From a virus: a stretch of 64,000 nucleotides of DNA. Of the stretch, positions 17,551 to 27,990 are shown piece after piece. A model generated the notes under the pieces. It did no database searches, was not told where the DNA came from, and saw nothing but the letters and a program-made list of their open reading frames with translations. The position numbers and the translations under genes were made by a program. Position 1 is the stretch's first letter. Each line of letters opens with the position of its first letter. The stretch lies in the UHGV virus genome UHGV-1352914. One strand, given 5' to 3'.

Positions 17551-18636
17551 ATGGCCACCATTGCTATTCCTTGTGAACCTCGCGTCCTTATCAACGGCGC
17601 GAACATTGCACAGAACCTCCTTGACAGCGTTGCGGCTTCCAGCCGTGACGACCATGATGTTTGGCTCCTTCTCCCTTACCGGGCCAAGGCCGCCGCGGAA
17701 CCCATGATTAAAATCTTGAAGAATCAGTTCAGGGACCTTCGCACGATAGAACTACTTACCCCTGTCGCGGATAATTACGCACTCGTTACCCATCTTTTTG
17801 CTCGTCTGCAACAGGCTCTGGCTTGTGAGAACGCTCCGGATGAACGAGCTATCATTTGGGTTTCCGAACGTGGTAATGAAAAGTTTAAGCCCGGCGCGAT
17901 TGATACGATGGATGCAACGTTCTATCGTAAGAAAGCTCCGGTCATTGCAGGCAAGTATTTTACCATCCCTGCCACCGAGACCTCTTATGAATCTCATACC
18001 GTGGATGGAACTTTCGTCATGTCCAGTCAGCTGGCGAAACTCTATCCCCAGCGAGTTCCCTACGTCACCATCTCCCAGCATTTCCGTCTCTTCCTCGATA
18101 AGGTGCTGACCGAGAAGTGTTTCAACGTGGAGAACTGGGACGACCTCATTACTGTTGGTGAAATCCCCGACGCGGACAACTTTAAGCTTCCCCAAGTTCT
18201 CGGCGAGGCGGCGGTAACTACTCCTGCGGAAGTTTCTATCGCCAGCTTCCAAGCTAAGCCCGTTGACATGATGGGATGCTCTGAACAAGTCGGTGGAGCT
18301 ACGAAGGCTCGTGAAGACTTGAAGGATGCCGAGGACTTGAAACCGAGCGTGAAAGTTGTTACACCTTCTCCTATGGCTACCGACCCCGAAGAATCCGTGA
18401 AGATGGGCTTGACACCGAGCGTGACCGAGGATGAAATTGAGGGTGAGGACCGGGCACCGGGTGCGGAAGTTGTTTCACCTCTTTTCGCGAATTCCGAAAC
18501 CGAGGAAACTCCGAAGCCTGACATGGATGTTAAGGACTTGACACCAAGCGCGAAAGTTGTTACACCTTCTCCAGTGAAGCCCAAGACCAAGAGAGCCATG
18601 AAGGCTGACGCGGTCAAGGATGAAATTGACAAATAA
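17551..18636 (+). CDS. Hypothetical protein with C-terminal repeats ('DLKPSVKVVTPSP' x2)
   Basis: 361 aa; globular N-terminal part, acidic repeat-containing tail. Confidence 0.5.
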   Translation: MATIAIPCEPRVLINGANIAQNLLDSVAASSRDDHDVWLLLPYRAKAAAEPMIKILKNQFRDLRTIELLTPVADNYALVTHLFARLQQALACENAPDERAIIWVSERGNEKFKPGAIDTMDATFYRKKAPVIAGKYFTIPATETSYESHTVDGTFVMSSQLAKLYPQRVPYVTISQHFRLFLDKVLTEKCFNVENWDDLITVGEIPDADNFKLPQVLGEAAVTTPAEVSIASFQAKPVDMMGCSEQVGGATKAREDLKDAEDLKPSVKVVTPSPMATDPEESVKMGLTPSVTEDEIEGEDRAPGAEVVSPLFANSETEETPKPDMDVKDLTPSAKVVTPSPVKPKTKRAMKADAVKDEIDK

Positions 18637-18641
18637 GCCCT

Positions 18642-20912
18642 ATGCCGAAACCAGACGCAAATGCTCCTGTAGGTCCGGGGGTTATTGGCGTGGTTGACGA
18701 GAACGGAACTCTTCTCAAGCGAAGGGTTCCGACCGCCGACCAAGCCCGCGCTTTGCTCTACTTCTGCCTCACCGCTGACCAGCTATCCATGCAAGCGAGG
18801 ACCGAGGCACAGGCAGAGCTGGACGGACAACGCCCGTATGACCCGATGGCCCTTTCCGCAGTTGGTCAGAATTATCGAACCAACTACAATTTCCGCACAA
18901 TGCGGATTGTTCGTGAAAAAGTAGCGGCGAGCCTCCGCGAAGTGTGGGACAACCCTGAACTTGTTTCGGTGCAAACCACCTTTGGCGATAATGCTCGTCG
19001 CCCCATCTATTCTGACATTCTTTCCTCCGAAGTAACGAAGATGGTTAAGTCCATGCCGGGATTCACTTCCATCATGACAGACCTTCTTCACAACTTCTCT
19101 TTCCACGGATTTGGTCTTGCCTACTTCGAGGACCCCGACACTTGGTACTTTAAGGCAGGTAGCCTGAACGAGTTCGCGTTCGAGCGCAAGGTCAAACCGG
19201 ACAGCAGTACTCTTGAAGTAGTATTCGCTACCCGTACCCTTCGTGCCCATGAACTCTATGACTTCATTCGAGACCCGCAGACTGCTAGGGAAGCTGGCTG
19301 GGATGTGGAAGAGGTCATGAAAGTATTGAAGACCTGTAGCTACAATCAGACGGTACAGCCCCAGCGTATCTCTTGGGAGACCGAGAAGATGCTTAAAAAC
19401 GGGGACTACACTTTGACCGACGTAATCGGTACTAGCATTCCGATTGCCCACATGTGGATTCGAGAATTCAACGGCACTGTTACTCATTCCATTTTCTTCG
19501 TCAACGGAAGTGGCGGCAATGGTCAGGATGTTAAGCGGGAACAAAACCGTGATGTAGACGACACCAAGTTCCTCTACACGAAGGAAGGAGCCTACAACTC
19601 TATGGAAGAAGCGTTTGTCCTCTTCCCTCTGGGTAGTAGCACCAATGGAGACATTCATGCCCTTCGTGGATATGGGAATGACCTTCTGCCTCACACCCGT
19701 GTTATTGACAAGTTGATGAACCAAGCGACGGACGCGGCGTTCCTCGGCATGGCGTTAAACGTCTCTGCCACCAATGAAACCTCCCGTCTCTCCGCAATGG
19801 TGAACCCGATGGGTGCCTATACCATTTTGGACCCGTCAACGCAAGTGGTTCCTAATCCGGTGCCGAACCTGCAACAGGTCGCTGGAACTCCCCTTGCATT
19901 CCTCCAAAACCAAATCCGGGAACGTTTGGGTGAGATTGACGTGAATGCTGATGGCGGCATGGGCCGTACCCAGCTGGAAGCTGAAATCCGTATGGGCAAT
20001 GCGAGCAAGGTCAGCAATAACATCATGGACATGCTCTTGGAGCACATGACCATCCTTCTCCGTGAAATCGTTCGCCGTGTCATCCGCAAGGACTACGATG
20101 AAGGGATTGCCGGGTTTAAGGAACGCGAACGCATGCTCCAACGTTTGGACGAAGCCGGAGTACCAAGGGAAGCCTTCTTCGCTATCGACCTTGACAGCGT
20201 TACCGCTCTTCCTCCCATTGGGGCAGGTAGTAAGGTTCGCCGCACAATGGCTCTCCGTCAGTGTCTCAACTACATGCAGTTCATGCCCCGCGCTGGGCAG
20301 GAACGTCTTATCCGTATGGCCATTGCCAACGAAACGAATGGACGCACCGCGCAGTTGTTCATGCCGTTGAAGGATGACCCCAACCCGTCCGAAACCGTGG
20401 CCGCTTCTATCGCATCCATCCAGAACAACCAGCTCATGGCAGGACAGGAAGTTCCGGTTATGCCGAACGAGGACCACAGGACGCACGCGGAAGTGCATGC
20501 CAACTTCATCATGTCCATGCTTCCTGACACCCAGCTGGAACCCGAAGAGATGGCCCAGCTTGCCCAGCCGCTACAGCTTCTGGTCGCCCAGTTGGCCGGA
20601 CACATGGATTATTTGCAGGCCGCCAAGGAAAACGTACCTGAATTTGAACAGTACGAGAAACTGGTTAAGAGGTGCAACGAGGTGATTACCAACGGTATGC
20701 GAGCCTTGGAAGCCATGCAACAGAAGGAAGAAGAGGCTCCCCAAGAAGGACCTACGCCGGAACAAATGAAAGCAGAAGCCGAAATTGAATTGAAGCGTAT
20801 GAAGACGGAAGCTGAAATCCAACTGGCTAAGGAAAAACAAGATGCCGAGATTACTCGCAACGCCGTAGAAGCTAACGCCAAAGCGGTGCAATCGCTAGGA
20901 GGTGGACGATGA
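18642..20912 (+). CDS. Portal protein (putative)
   Basis: 756 aa; position portal-(small ORF)-scaffold-MCP; acidic coiled C-terminus; no motif check possible by eye. Confidence 0.55.
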   Translation: MPKPDANAPVGPGVIGVVDENGTLLKRRVPTADQARALLYFCLTADQLSMQARTEAQAELDGQRPYDPMALSAVGQNYRTNYNFRTMRIVREKVAASLREVWDNPELVSVQTTFGDNARRPIYSDILSSEVTKMVKSMPGFTSIMTDLLHNFSFHGFGLAYFEDPDTWYFKAGSLNEFAFERKVKPDSSTLEVVFATRTLRAHELYDFIRDPQTAREAGWDVEEVMKVLKTCSYNQTVQPQRISWETEKMLKNGDYTLTDVIGTSIPIAHMWIREFNGTVTHSIFFVNGSGGNGQDVKREQNRDVDDTKFLYTKEGAYNSMEEAFVLFPLGSSTNGDIHALRGYGNDLLPHTRVIDKLMNQATDAAFLGMALNVSATNETSRLSAMVNPMGAYTILDPSTQVVPNPVPNLQQVAGTPLAFLQNQIRERLGEIDVNADGGMGRTQLEAEIRMGNASKVSNNIMDMLLEHMTILLREIVRRVIRKDYDEGIAGFKERERMLQRLDEAGVPREAFFAIDLDSVTALPPIGAGSKVRRTMALRQCLNYMQFMPRAGQERLIRMAIANETNGRTAQLFMPLKDDPNPSETVAASIASIQNNQLMAGQEVPVMPNEDHRTHAEVHANFIMSMLPDTQLEPEEMAQLAQPLQLLVAQLAGHMDYLQAAKENVPEFEQYEKLVKRCNEVITNGMRALEAMQQKEEEAPQEGPTPEQMKAEAEIELKRMKTEAEIQLAKEKQDAEITRNAVEANAKAVQSLGGGR

Positions 20913-21226
20913 AACCCGTTCCAACGTACACCGTCGAAGGGTTCAAATCTAACAAGGCGGCGACTGGCCGCCTTGCTGAACTCCTTCATGACCCGGTAAT
21001 GGAAGAAGCTCTCTGCATTGTTCAGTCAAAACTTAATGCGACGTTACAGCCTACACTGGAAGCCGCCGCATTGAATGGAGCTTTCGCGGCTGGAGCCAAA
21101 TCCGTCATTGCCGCTCTCTTCAATCTGGCCGAAGAAAATGAAGAAACCGAATCCCCGGTAACTATGATGAATCACCCCATGACCGAGCGTAATGCTTGGA
21201 TTAACTCACTTTCACCCAACAAGTAA
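20909..21226 (+). CDS. Hypothetical small protein
   Basis: 105 aa, start overlaps portal stop. Confidence 0.4.
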   Translation: MKPVPTYTVEGFKSNKAATGRLAELLHDPVMEEALCIVQSKLNATLQPTLEAAALNGAFAAGAKSVIAALFNLAEENEETESPVTMMNHPMTERNAWINSLSPNK

Positions 21227-21238
21227 TACATAATTCTA

Positions 21239-22468
21239 ATGGACAATGTAACTATTCCCGCAGTAGCGGAGGGCATCGTTAGCGGTGCTATTCACAACGA
21301 CGTGCACAACATTTTCGAACAGACCCTGTTTGCCCCGGACCCCGCGGATTCCGCTAATCCCACGCAACCCAATGCTCCCATCGAATCCCCGGATGGTACG
21401 GTAGTCATGCCCAGTGCTGGTCCCCGCATCGCTGACGATGAAGTAGTCAATACCACGGGAACCGTCGTTGACGATACCCAGAACAATGATGACGATGATA
21501 CCCAGGTATCCGGGGATGACGAAACCCAGAACGACGACGAAAACCAGAACGACGACGAAAACCAGAACGACGAGGAAGAACAGAAGAAGGAGAAGAAAAA
21601 ACAGGACGAGGGTCCTGCGGAACAGAAGGCGAGCAAAGCCGCGAGCAAGGCATTCGCCGAGATGCGTGTCCAGTTGAGGGGCGCGAAGAAAGAAATCGAG
21701 GAACTGAAAGCCCAGCTGAAAGAAGCGGGCAACTCTTCCCCTGACCATGAAGAGCTTGAATCCCTGCGGGAAATTGTACGCGGCTACGCCTTCACCGCTA
21801 CCGACGAGTACAAAGCCCATGTAACTGACCCGTACAATAAGGCTAACGCCAAACTCGCGGAGATTGCCCGTGCCGCCGGGGCCTCTCTCGATATGGACAA
21901 GCTGAACGAAGTTGCCCTTAACCCCAGCCTCGACGAGTACGACCGGGAAGAAGCCTACGAAGCAATCGGGAAGGAGTTGGGCATCAGTGATTCTGCCGTG
22001 TTCAAGTTTGTCCGCATGGCCAAGGTTCGTGACGCGGCCATCGTTGCCCACGGAAATTATCAGGCAGAAGCCGACAAGTATGTAGAAGAGTTGAAGGCCA
22101 GTCGCGGTGCCAAGTCGGATTCCGGGACCTACACCGTCAACCTCGACAACTACACCTTGGAAGCGATGAAGGAACGTGCCAAGGAACTGGGCATGACGAC
22201 GGAAATCACCGAAGAGAATGTGAAGCACGCCCGCCATCTCGCTCATAAAATAAATAATGGTTCCTTCATGGACGGCGCACTTGCGGAACTCATGGTTAAA
22301 GAACTGGCAGACGCGCGCGCGACTATCGAGGCTCTCAACGTGAAGGTGGCCAAACTTCGCAAGGCTCGCCCCTCCGCTAATGGTGGTAGCCCCGAAGCTC
22401 CAGAGACCCAGACGCCCGCCGGACCCACTTCTGTGGGTGATATTATTGGCAGTGCTTTTGAATTATAA
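21239..22468 (+). CDS. Scaffolding-like protein (acidic, coiled-coil)
   Basis: Runs of DDENQNDDENQNDEEEQKKEKKKQ, helical, immediately upstream of MCP. Confidence 0.5.
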   Translation: MDNVTIPAVAEGIVSGAIHNDVHNIFEQTLFAPDPADSANPTQPNAPIESPDGTVVMPSAGPRIADDEVVNTTGTVVDDTQNNDDDDTQVSGDDETQNDDENQNDDENQNDEEEQKKEKKKQDEGPAEQKASKAASKAFAEMRVQLRGAKKEIEELKAQLKEAGNSSPDHEELESLREIVRGYAFTATDEYKAHVTDPYNKANAKLAEIARAAGASLDMDKLNEVALNPSLDEYDREEAYEAIGKELGISDSAVFKFVRMAKVRDAAIVAHGNYQAEADKYVEELKASRGAKSDSGTYTVNLDNYTLEAMKERAKELGMTTEITEENVKHARHLAHKINNGSFMDGALAELMVKELADARATIEALNVKVAKLRKARPSANGGSPEAPETQTPAGPTSVGDIIGSAFEL

Positions 22469-22478
22469 TAAATAATTC

Positions 22479-22507
22479 TTGACATACACGTAATTATATG
22501 ACAATAA
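22479..22507 (+). promoter_or_regulatory. TTCTTGACA -35-like element upstream of MCP (weak -10)
   Basis: -35 matches family consensus; -10 poorly matched; long (~170 nt) leader to MCP ATG. Confidence 0.3.
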
Positions 22508-22680
22508 TGAGGCATCCGAAGCGGTGCTCCATTATTGCTTTCCCGCGAGCAAACCAAAACAAACCTTTATGCAGGCGTGAAAATTCTTGGTCCTGACCCT
22601 GCCATGACCGCGTAAGACCCCAAAACAAATTCGTCCAAAGAGTACTAGGCGTTGCAAATTAAACCAAATTTAATTTACAA

Positions 22681-23937
22681 ATGGCTACTACTCCTAACGA
22701 AATTCAGGCCCAAGAATTGAAGCTGGTCACGATGACCAACCTTCTTAACGCCAACATGTACAGCACCTTTGCTCGTACTTCTCCGTGGAACTCCCAGATG
22801 ATTATGACTGGTGAATGGACCGACGGCGTTGGTGATTCCGGGCGTATCGCAACCTTCGGTGCTACGGACCCCCGTCCCGAATGGATGAACATTAACCTTG
22901 ATTCCACCTCTGACCAGATTCCGATTACGGTCAATGATACTGGTGCGACGGAATACTCCTACAGCCGCTTCATCACGAGGCTTGCCTCCCAGAAGCTGGA
23001 CGTACTCCGCATGCGTCAGTCTTGGCAGGCTAAGCAACAGGCCGAGAATGTGGTGAAGCAGTTGGTCCGTGCCGTCGGTAATACTTGGTCCCGCTTCTAT
23101 CGTCAGAGCTACATCAACATTGCCAGCTACAAACTTATCCCCACGAAGGCGGGTGTTGTCGGTCTTGATGTCGTGAACAACGATATTAACTCCATGCCGG
23201 AAGTTAAGCCCGAAGCCGCGCTGAACGACGACCTGATGAACCAAGCTTGGCAGTTGCTCATTAACGAGGGTGCTGGCGAATCTGCCGCTCTGATGGACCA
23301 AGGTTCTCCTGTCTTCTTGGCTTACACCTCGAAGGACACCGTGGACTTCATCCTGCGTCACAACGAAGTTATCCGCAAGGACTGGAACTTCGCGGAGGCC
23401 GCGGAAGGTAAGGATGCTACCCTCCTGCGTCAGCTGGGCGTGAAGTGGACTTACAAGGGCTTTACCTACATCGTGGACAACATGAACCCCCGCTACACCT
23501 TCGACGACAGCAAGCCGACTGGCCAGAAGTGGGTGGAAGTTCCCCAGTACATCAAGGTGGAAACGACTGTTGGTTCCCGCTATGTGCCGAACCCCGCGTA
23601 CATGAATGCCCCGTATGAAGATACGATTATCTTTGTGAAGGACGTGTACAAGTCCCTCGTTCCCCGTCCGGTGTCTGCCTATGGTCAGGCCAAGTGGGAC
23701 CCCGTGACCTACGCTGGTGAGCTGACTTGGGTGAACAACAAGGATAACGGTGGTAACTATATGGGCCAGCAGGGTCTGTTCATCGCGACGCTTTCTGCCG
23801 CTCCGATGCCTGTCTTCCCGCGTCACGGTGTGGTCATCCGTCACATCCGCACGACCGCTGGCCGTGAACTCGTCGGTGCTGACGGCAAGCCCGTTGGCTC
23901 TCTGGTAAGCACCCCCGCAGTAGTGTCTGGCCTCTAA
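22681..23937 (+). CDS. Major capsid protein (putative, HK97-fold size class)
   Basis: 418 aa, after scaffold, followed by strongest terminator in window. Confidence 0.65.
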   Translation: MATTPNEIQAQELKLVTMTNLLNANMYSTFARTSPWNSQMIMTGEWTDGVGDSGRIATFGATDPRPEWMNINLDSTSDQIPITVNDTGATEYSYSRFITRLASQKLDVLRMRQSWQAKQQAENVVKQLVRAVGNTWSRFYRQSYINIASYKLIPTKAGVVGLDVVNNDINSMPEVKPEAALNDDLMNQAWQLLINEGAGESAALMDQGSPVFLAYTSKDTVDFILRHNEVIRKDWNFAEAAEGKDATLLRQLGVKWTYKGFTYIVDNMNPRYTFDDSKPTGQKWVEVPQYIKVETTVGSRYVPNPAYMNAPYEDTIIFVKDVYKSLVPRPVSAYGQAKWDPVTYAGELTWVNNKDNGGNYMGQQGLFIATLSAAPMPVFPRHGVVIRHIRTTAGRELVGADGKPVGSLVSTPAVVSGL

Positions 23938-23961
23938 GCCTAAACCTCTAACTCTTAAACC

Positions 23962-23997
23962 GAGGCGGGCGGGATGAACCCGCTCGCCTCAATTTTT
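23962..23997 (+). terminator. Intrinsic terminator after MCP
   Basis: 11-bp GC-rich stem (gaggcgggcgg/ccgctcgcctc) + AATTTTT. Confidence 0.7.
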
Positions 23998-24003
23998 ACC
24001 TGC

Positions 24004-24276
24004 ATGAAGATTACGTATGACCCTGAAAAATTTGGAGACCTTAAACCGGGGGATGATGTTCAGCTCATGGGAGTTGGCGTTGTTTCAGATGACGGCAAGT
24101 CTATTGAGATTGTTTCTATCGAGGACCAAGAAATAGGTGACGATGATAGCGACGACGAGGACGAGACCGAAGGAGAAACTGAATCCCCTAAACAGGAAAC
24201 CGAAACCGAAGAAGCCGAAGAACTGGCAGAAGGAGCCGACATTGGTGCCATTATCGCCTCTGGCTTTGGAGCATAA
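24004..24276 (+). CDS. Small acidic protein (possible head/decoration)
   Basis: ORF-track start 23974 lies in terminator stem; ATG 24004 (MKITYDPEKF) preferred; C-terminus D/E-rich. Confidence 0.4.
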   Translation: MKITYDPEKFGDLKPGDDVQLMGVGVVSDDGKSIEIVSIEDQEIGDDDSDDEDETEGETESPKQETETEEAEELAEGADIGAIIASGFGA

Positions 24277-24290
24277 CCTTTTTAACTAGT

Positions 24291-24806
24291 ATGGAAATCG
24301 ACGTTCCCACTACAGAACCAGTTGTCCTCGAATCAGGAGTTGAGAATACGCTCATTCCCAGCGAGGAAGGAGACTTTCTTATTACTATCACCAGTGATAG
24401 GGGAGTTCCTGTCGTCAAACTGACGGAGGACGAGAAGACCCTTGCCGAAGGTTCTTCCCTCGTAAACCGGGAGTTCAAAGCACATCTCAAAGCCGCCGGG
24501 GATTTAACTGTTACGGAATCTCTTTCGGGGACCGTATTAACCCTAGAAGTCTGTGCCGCAACACCTCTGGCGGTGCAGGAAGTACCCGTAGCTATGGGGG
24601 TTAAGCACTTGGTGTCTATTCCCACTAACCAACCCGAAGTTTTTTACTTCGGCATTGATGTTGAAAATAGTGTTCAAAGTGTATTAGTGAATGATGGAGA
24701 TATTATTATCCCTGCGGCTGATACTGCGCACGTCCCCCTGAATAGGGCAATCACTCTAACCCCTGTTATTCAGCAAACTAAAACAGTAGCAACTCTTAAC
24801 GAATAA
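24291..24806 (+). CDS. Putative virion structural protein
   Basis: 171 aa, beta-rich composition, in structural block. Confidence 0.4.
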   Translation: MEIDVPTTEPVVLESGVENTLIPSEEGDFLITITSDRGVPVVKLTEDEKTLAEGSSLVNREFKAHLKAAGDLTVTESLSGTVLTLEVCAATPLAVQEVPVAMGVKHLVSIPTNQPEVFYFGIDVENSVQSVLVNDGDIIIPAADTAHVPLNRAITLTPVIQQTKTVATLNE

Positions 24807-24811
24807 TAATT

Positions 24812-25783
24812 ATGGCAGTAGTAAATCTTCCAGTTCCCGCAGAGAATGCAACCATCGCTCGCGGGCAAATCTATCAGCTTACCGGACTGACCGAGGCTAC
24901 TCGGTATAAGTTTATTGTCACGTCTACCAAGTGCCCGCATGTGGTCATCGCGAAAGATGAGGCGTTGGAGCAGTTGGAAGCCGAAGGGTATCTTTCTGGT
25001 CGTGCTTTCTACTTCGCGACGGAAGGTGGTCAGACTAACGCTTACCTCCGCATTGATGCCCTTGAGGGCGCGGAGATTACCTTGACTATGGTGGCTGACC
25101 AAATTCCGGCCCCCGAAGAAGCAACTCTTCCCGCAGACTTATCACCTGACAAGTGGTATAGTATCGGTGATTTAGTCGCAGATACGGGGTATGAATTGAA
25201 AGTAAGTGCGGAAGTCCCTGTAACCGTATTTGTCAAGACAGGAGATACCATTGCAGACGCAATAGAAGAACCTCCGTTTGTAACTGCCGCAGGGACCACT
25301 CGTTTCACTTCCACTGGCACGAAAGCGTGGGTATACGTAGATGGAGCAGTAAAGGCTAACGTTGACATCGTAGCCGCGCAGGGGATTGAGGGTTTTACCG
25401 CTCCCCAGCTTACGACCCTTTCGGACACCGTTTCCGACGTAGCTCTTGTAGGTCCTACCCCTGCCGGATATTACCGCGTGGACTTCGTGACCGAAGCCGC
25501 CGCACCTGAATTCCAATACGATGGCAACATCACTATCCAGAACCAGAACGTAGTCCTTACCAACGTAGTTGGGGAAGCAGGGGCGCAAGGTCTTCTTCCT
25601 CTCACGGCCGCGCAGGGTATTGTGACTGGTAAGAACCTTCGAGGAACTCTTATCTTTTCACAGGGGACTGCTCTTGGTAAGGGACAGCGAGCCGCCGTTG
25701 CCTCGTTCCAGATTCCTACGGGTGGTGATGCCGGGACCTTTAAAGGGACTGCGGTGATTACCTTCGTTGGAAATATTGCATAA
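24812..25783 (+). CDS. Putative virion structural protein
   Basis: 323 aa, beta-rich; followed by terminator. Confidence 0.45.
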   Translation: MAVVNLPVPAENATIARGQIYQLTGLTEATRYKFIVTSTKCPHVVIAKDEALEQLEAEGYLSGRAFYFATEGGQTNAYLRIDALEGAEITLTMVADQIPAPEEATLPADLSPDKWYSIGDLVADTGYELKVSAEVPVTVFVKTGDTIADAIEEPPFVTAAGTTRFTSTGTKAWVYVDGAVKANVDIVAAQGIEGFTAPQLTTLSDTVSDVALVGPTPAGYYRVDFVTEAAAPEFQYDGNITIQNQNVVLTNVVGEAGAQGLLPLTAAQGIVTGKNLRGTLIFSQGTALGKGQRAAVASFQIPTGGDAGTFKGTAVITFVGNIA

Positions 25784-25802
25784 CCAATAATTAAACCTTG
25801 AC

Positions 25803-25851
25803 GGGGCTGAACTCATGAGCTAAACTTCTATGGGTTCAGCCCCAAATTTTT
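25803..25851 (+). terminator. Hairpin (ggggctgaac/gttcagcccc) + AAATTTTT
   Basis: Seen in sequence. Confidence 0.55.
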
Positions 25852-25857
25852 ACCATT

Positions 25858-27990
25858 ATGGCACCTCAACGTTCTTCTGAAATCCAAATTGAAAATTACG
25901 TCAATGGCTCTCCTATTACGCCGGGCGTAACCTATAAGCTGGGCGATGCCTCTGCGAATACCGCGTGGCTTCTTGCTTCCAGTTCTCCCTGTCTCTTTAA
26001 ACTTTCCGCTACCGCTCCTACCGACGAACAGTGGTCCAACGTTACGCCGGAAGAGTTCATCATCAATGGTTCGGTCGCGGGGCAGGTGATTGAGATTGAA
26101 TCCCCCAATGGTAAGTACTTCGTCGTCCCCACTAACGCGCAAGATAAGAATGCTTCGGTGGAGAGCGCACACGCGACGATTGCACTTCACCCGCTGGGGT
26201 TTGACTACGACCAAGAGTATGAGGCTCTCCCGCTGGAAGGTGACGGTCCTGTCTCCGAAGGTTTCTACAAAATCTCCAACCTCGAAAGCGGTAAGCTCTA
26301 CTCCATCAATGTACACCCCGACTTGGGTGGCTTGATGGAAACGAAGCCTAATCCGGAATTCAGCTATGCGCTCTTTAGCGTAGGAGCCGATGACAATCCT
26401 AAGGCTTTCCTCGCTGGTGGCAAGACTACTGCCCAGCTGGTCTTTGTGGCGACTGAAACTTCCGCGATTCTTTCTATCGGCAGTACGATTGAAGAAGCGG
26501 TCTACTTCGTCTCCATCAGAAATTTTAGTTTAGGCTCCGGTGAGGGCGCGGGGTTTGACCCCTCCCTAGACCAGAATATCACCGGGGCTTGGAATTTCAC
26601 CAACACGGCAGGAGTAGTTCTCGGTAACGAAGTTCCTTTAGTTCTTGGACAGGGAGCGGACGCGGTGAAACTCCACGGGGACGGTAATGGAGCCGCAGTC
26701 ATTGAAGGGACGAACGCTTCCCACATTGATGTTGCGATTCCTGCCAAGTTCCAAAACACTGCCACTTTTGATGACAGTGTTAGCTTCGTTGCCACCTCTG
26801 GCGAGAAGATGAAGTGCATCCTTTTTGGTAAGGAAAGCGGACCTACGCGTGCCATACTTTATGAGGAAGCCAATGGGTTCCTCTCCGTTGTTGACCCCAA
26901 TAACGTCAACAGTAAGTCAATGACCTTCGATGGTGCTGGGGACTTGTGGATTTACCGAAATGAACAGCATAACGGGGTGGTTTCACTCAATAGCGAAACC
27001 CGCATGTACGGCACTATTACCGTGGGCGGGGTTCTGACAGTCAGCAAAACCCTCAATGCCAACAGCGGCATCAACATCCCGCTGGCCGTGGGTGCACCGA
27101 CGGATACGGGCGCGGTTAATCGCTTGTACGCCGCAGGTTTGGCTGGCGAGACGAACATCCTGACCACTAATGCTTTCCTCAATACGGCGACCATTACCAA
27201 GACAGGGACTTCGACGGTGACCCAGACAGTTCCCTACCATGTGGCTACGATTAAGATTCCACCGAGTACTCATTCGACCATTCAGGCGAGCTTTGTGGAG
27301 GTTAAGGCCTGCTGGAATTATTCCAGTTTCTCCGGGTTCTCTTTCGTTTGGCGTGCTACTGGTGCCGCAAAGCTGACCTTTGGTATCGGTCGTGGCGGGA
27401 AGACGGTTCGTTCCGACCTTTCCATAGATTCTTACAGTATTATCCCGGCAAACGATTTAGCCTACAATCACGGTGAAATTCTGGATATTACTTTTGATGC
27501 TGTCAGAGATACCCAGCGCAACGGTTATACGGTGCGGGTGCGTGAGATTTACGCACTCGATTCCACGGCGGGCTGGCAGGTGAAAACCACCACCAGCTTC
27601 ATCCCCGCCAGTCAAAACGAACCCGTCCCTCGGACGATTGCCAAGGTTATTTACCAGCAGAAATCTCCGGCCAATATTGCCCAGTATGAGAATCTAGGTG
27701 CACTCTGGCTCATGCTCACTGGAGGCCAGGCGAATAATCTGTATAAAATTGCCACATGCCGGGGCGTCTCCAATTTTGAGACAAACTCCGGCATTGTCAG
27801 CTGGGTAACTGATGTGGTGAATAATTCGACTGGCGACACTTACATCAAAGCAGGTGACGGAGAGCACACCTATTACCAGCCGGGAGGCACGAACCCGGTC
27901 TTTTACGGACTGGAAGCAATGGCCGTCAGTGCCATTGAATCCGAGGAAACCACGGATTTTGTGGATATTAACAACCCCATTGAAGCATGA
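25858..27990 (+). CDS. Tail fibre / receptor-binding protein (putative)
   Basis: 710 aa; 'DQNITGAWNFTNTAGV' resembles tail-fibre repeat motif; beta-rich, G/T/N/S-rich. Confidence 0.5.
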   Translation: MAPQRSSEIQIENYVNGSPITPGVTYKLGDASANTAWLLASSSPCLFKLSATAPTDEQWSNVTPEEFIINGSVAGQVIEIESPNGKYFVVPTNAQDKNASVESAHATIALHPLGFDYDQEYEALPLEGDGPVSEGFYKISNLESGKLYSINVHPDLGGLMETKPNPEFSYALFSVGADDNPKAFLAGGKTTAQLVFVATETSAILSIGSTIEEAVYFVSIRNFSLGSGEGAGFDPSLDQNITGAWNFTNTAGVVLGNEVPLVLGQGADAVKLHGDGNGAAVIEGTNASHIDVAIPAKFQNTATFDDSVSFVATSGEKMKCILFGKESGPTRAILYEEANGFLSVVDPNNVNSKSMTFDGAGDLWIYRNEQHNGVVSLNSETRMYGTITVGGVLTVSKTLNANSGINIPLAVGAPTDTGAVNRLYAAGLAGETNILTTNAFLNTATITKTGTSTVTQTVPYHVATIKIPPSTHSTIQASFVEVKACWNYSSFSGFSFVWRATGAAKLTFGIGRGGKTVRSDLSIDSYSIIPANDLAYNHGEILDITFDAVRDTQRNGYTVRVREIYALDSTAGWQVKTTTSFIPASQNEPVPRTIAKVIYQQKSPANIAQYENLGALWLMLTGGQANNLYKIATCRGVSNFETNSGIVSWVTDVVNNSTGDTYIKAGDGEHTYYQPGGTNPVFYGLEAMAVSAIESEETTDFVDINNPIEA

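Noticed and set aside
18060-20498. Antisense ORFs (227, 313, 220 aa) across 17551-18636 and the portal gene
   Set aside because: The plus-strand ORFs are longer, contiguous and fit the operon; antisense ORFs are fragmented.
21236-23844. 336-aa and 389-aa antisense ORFs covering scaffold and capsid genes
   Set aside because: Operon context, terminator orientation (23962-23997) and the promoter fit the plus strand; antisense products are low-complexity.
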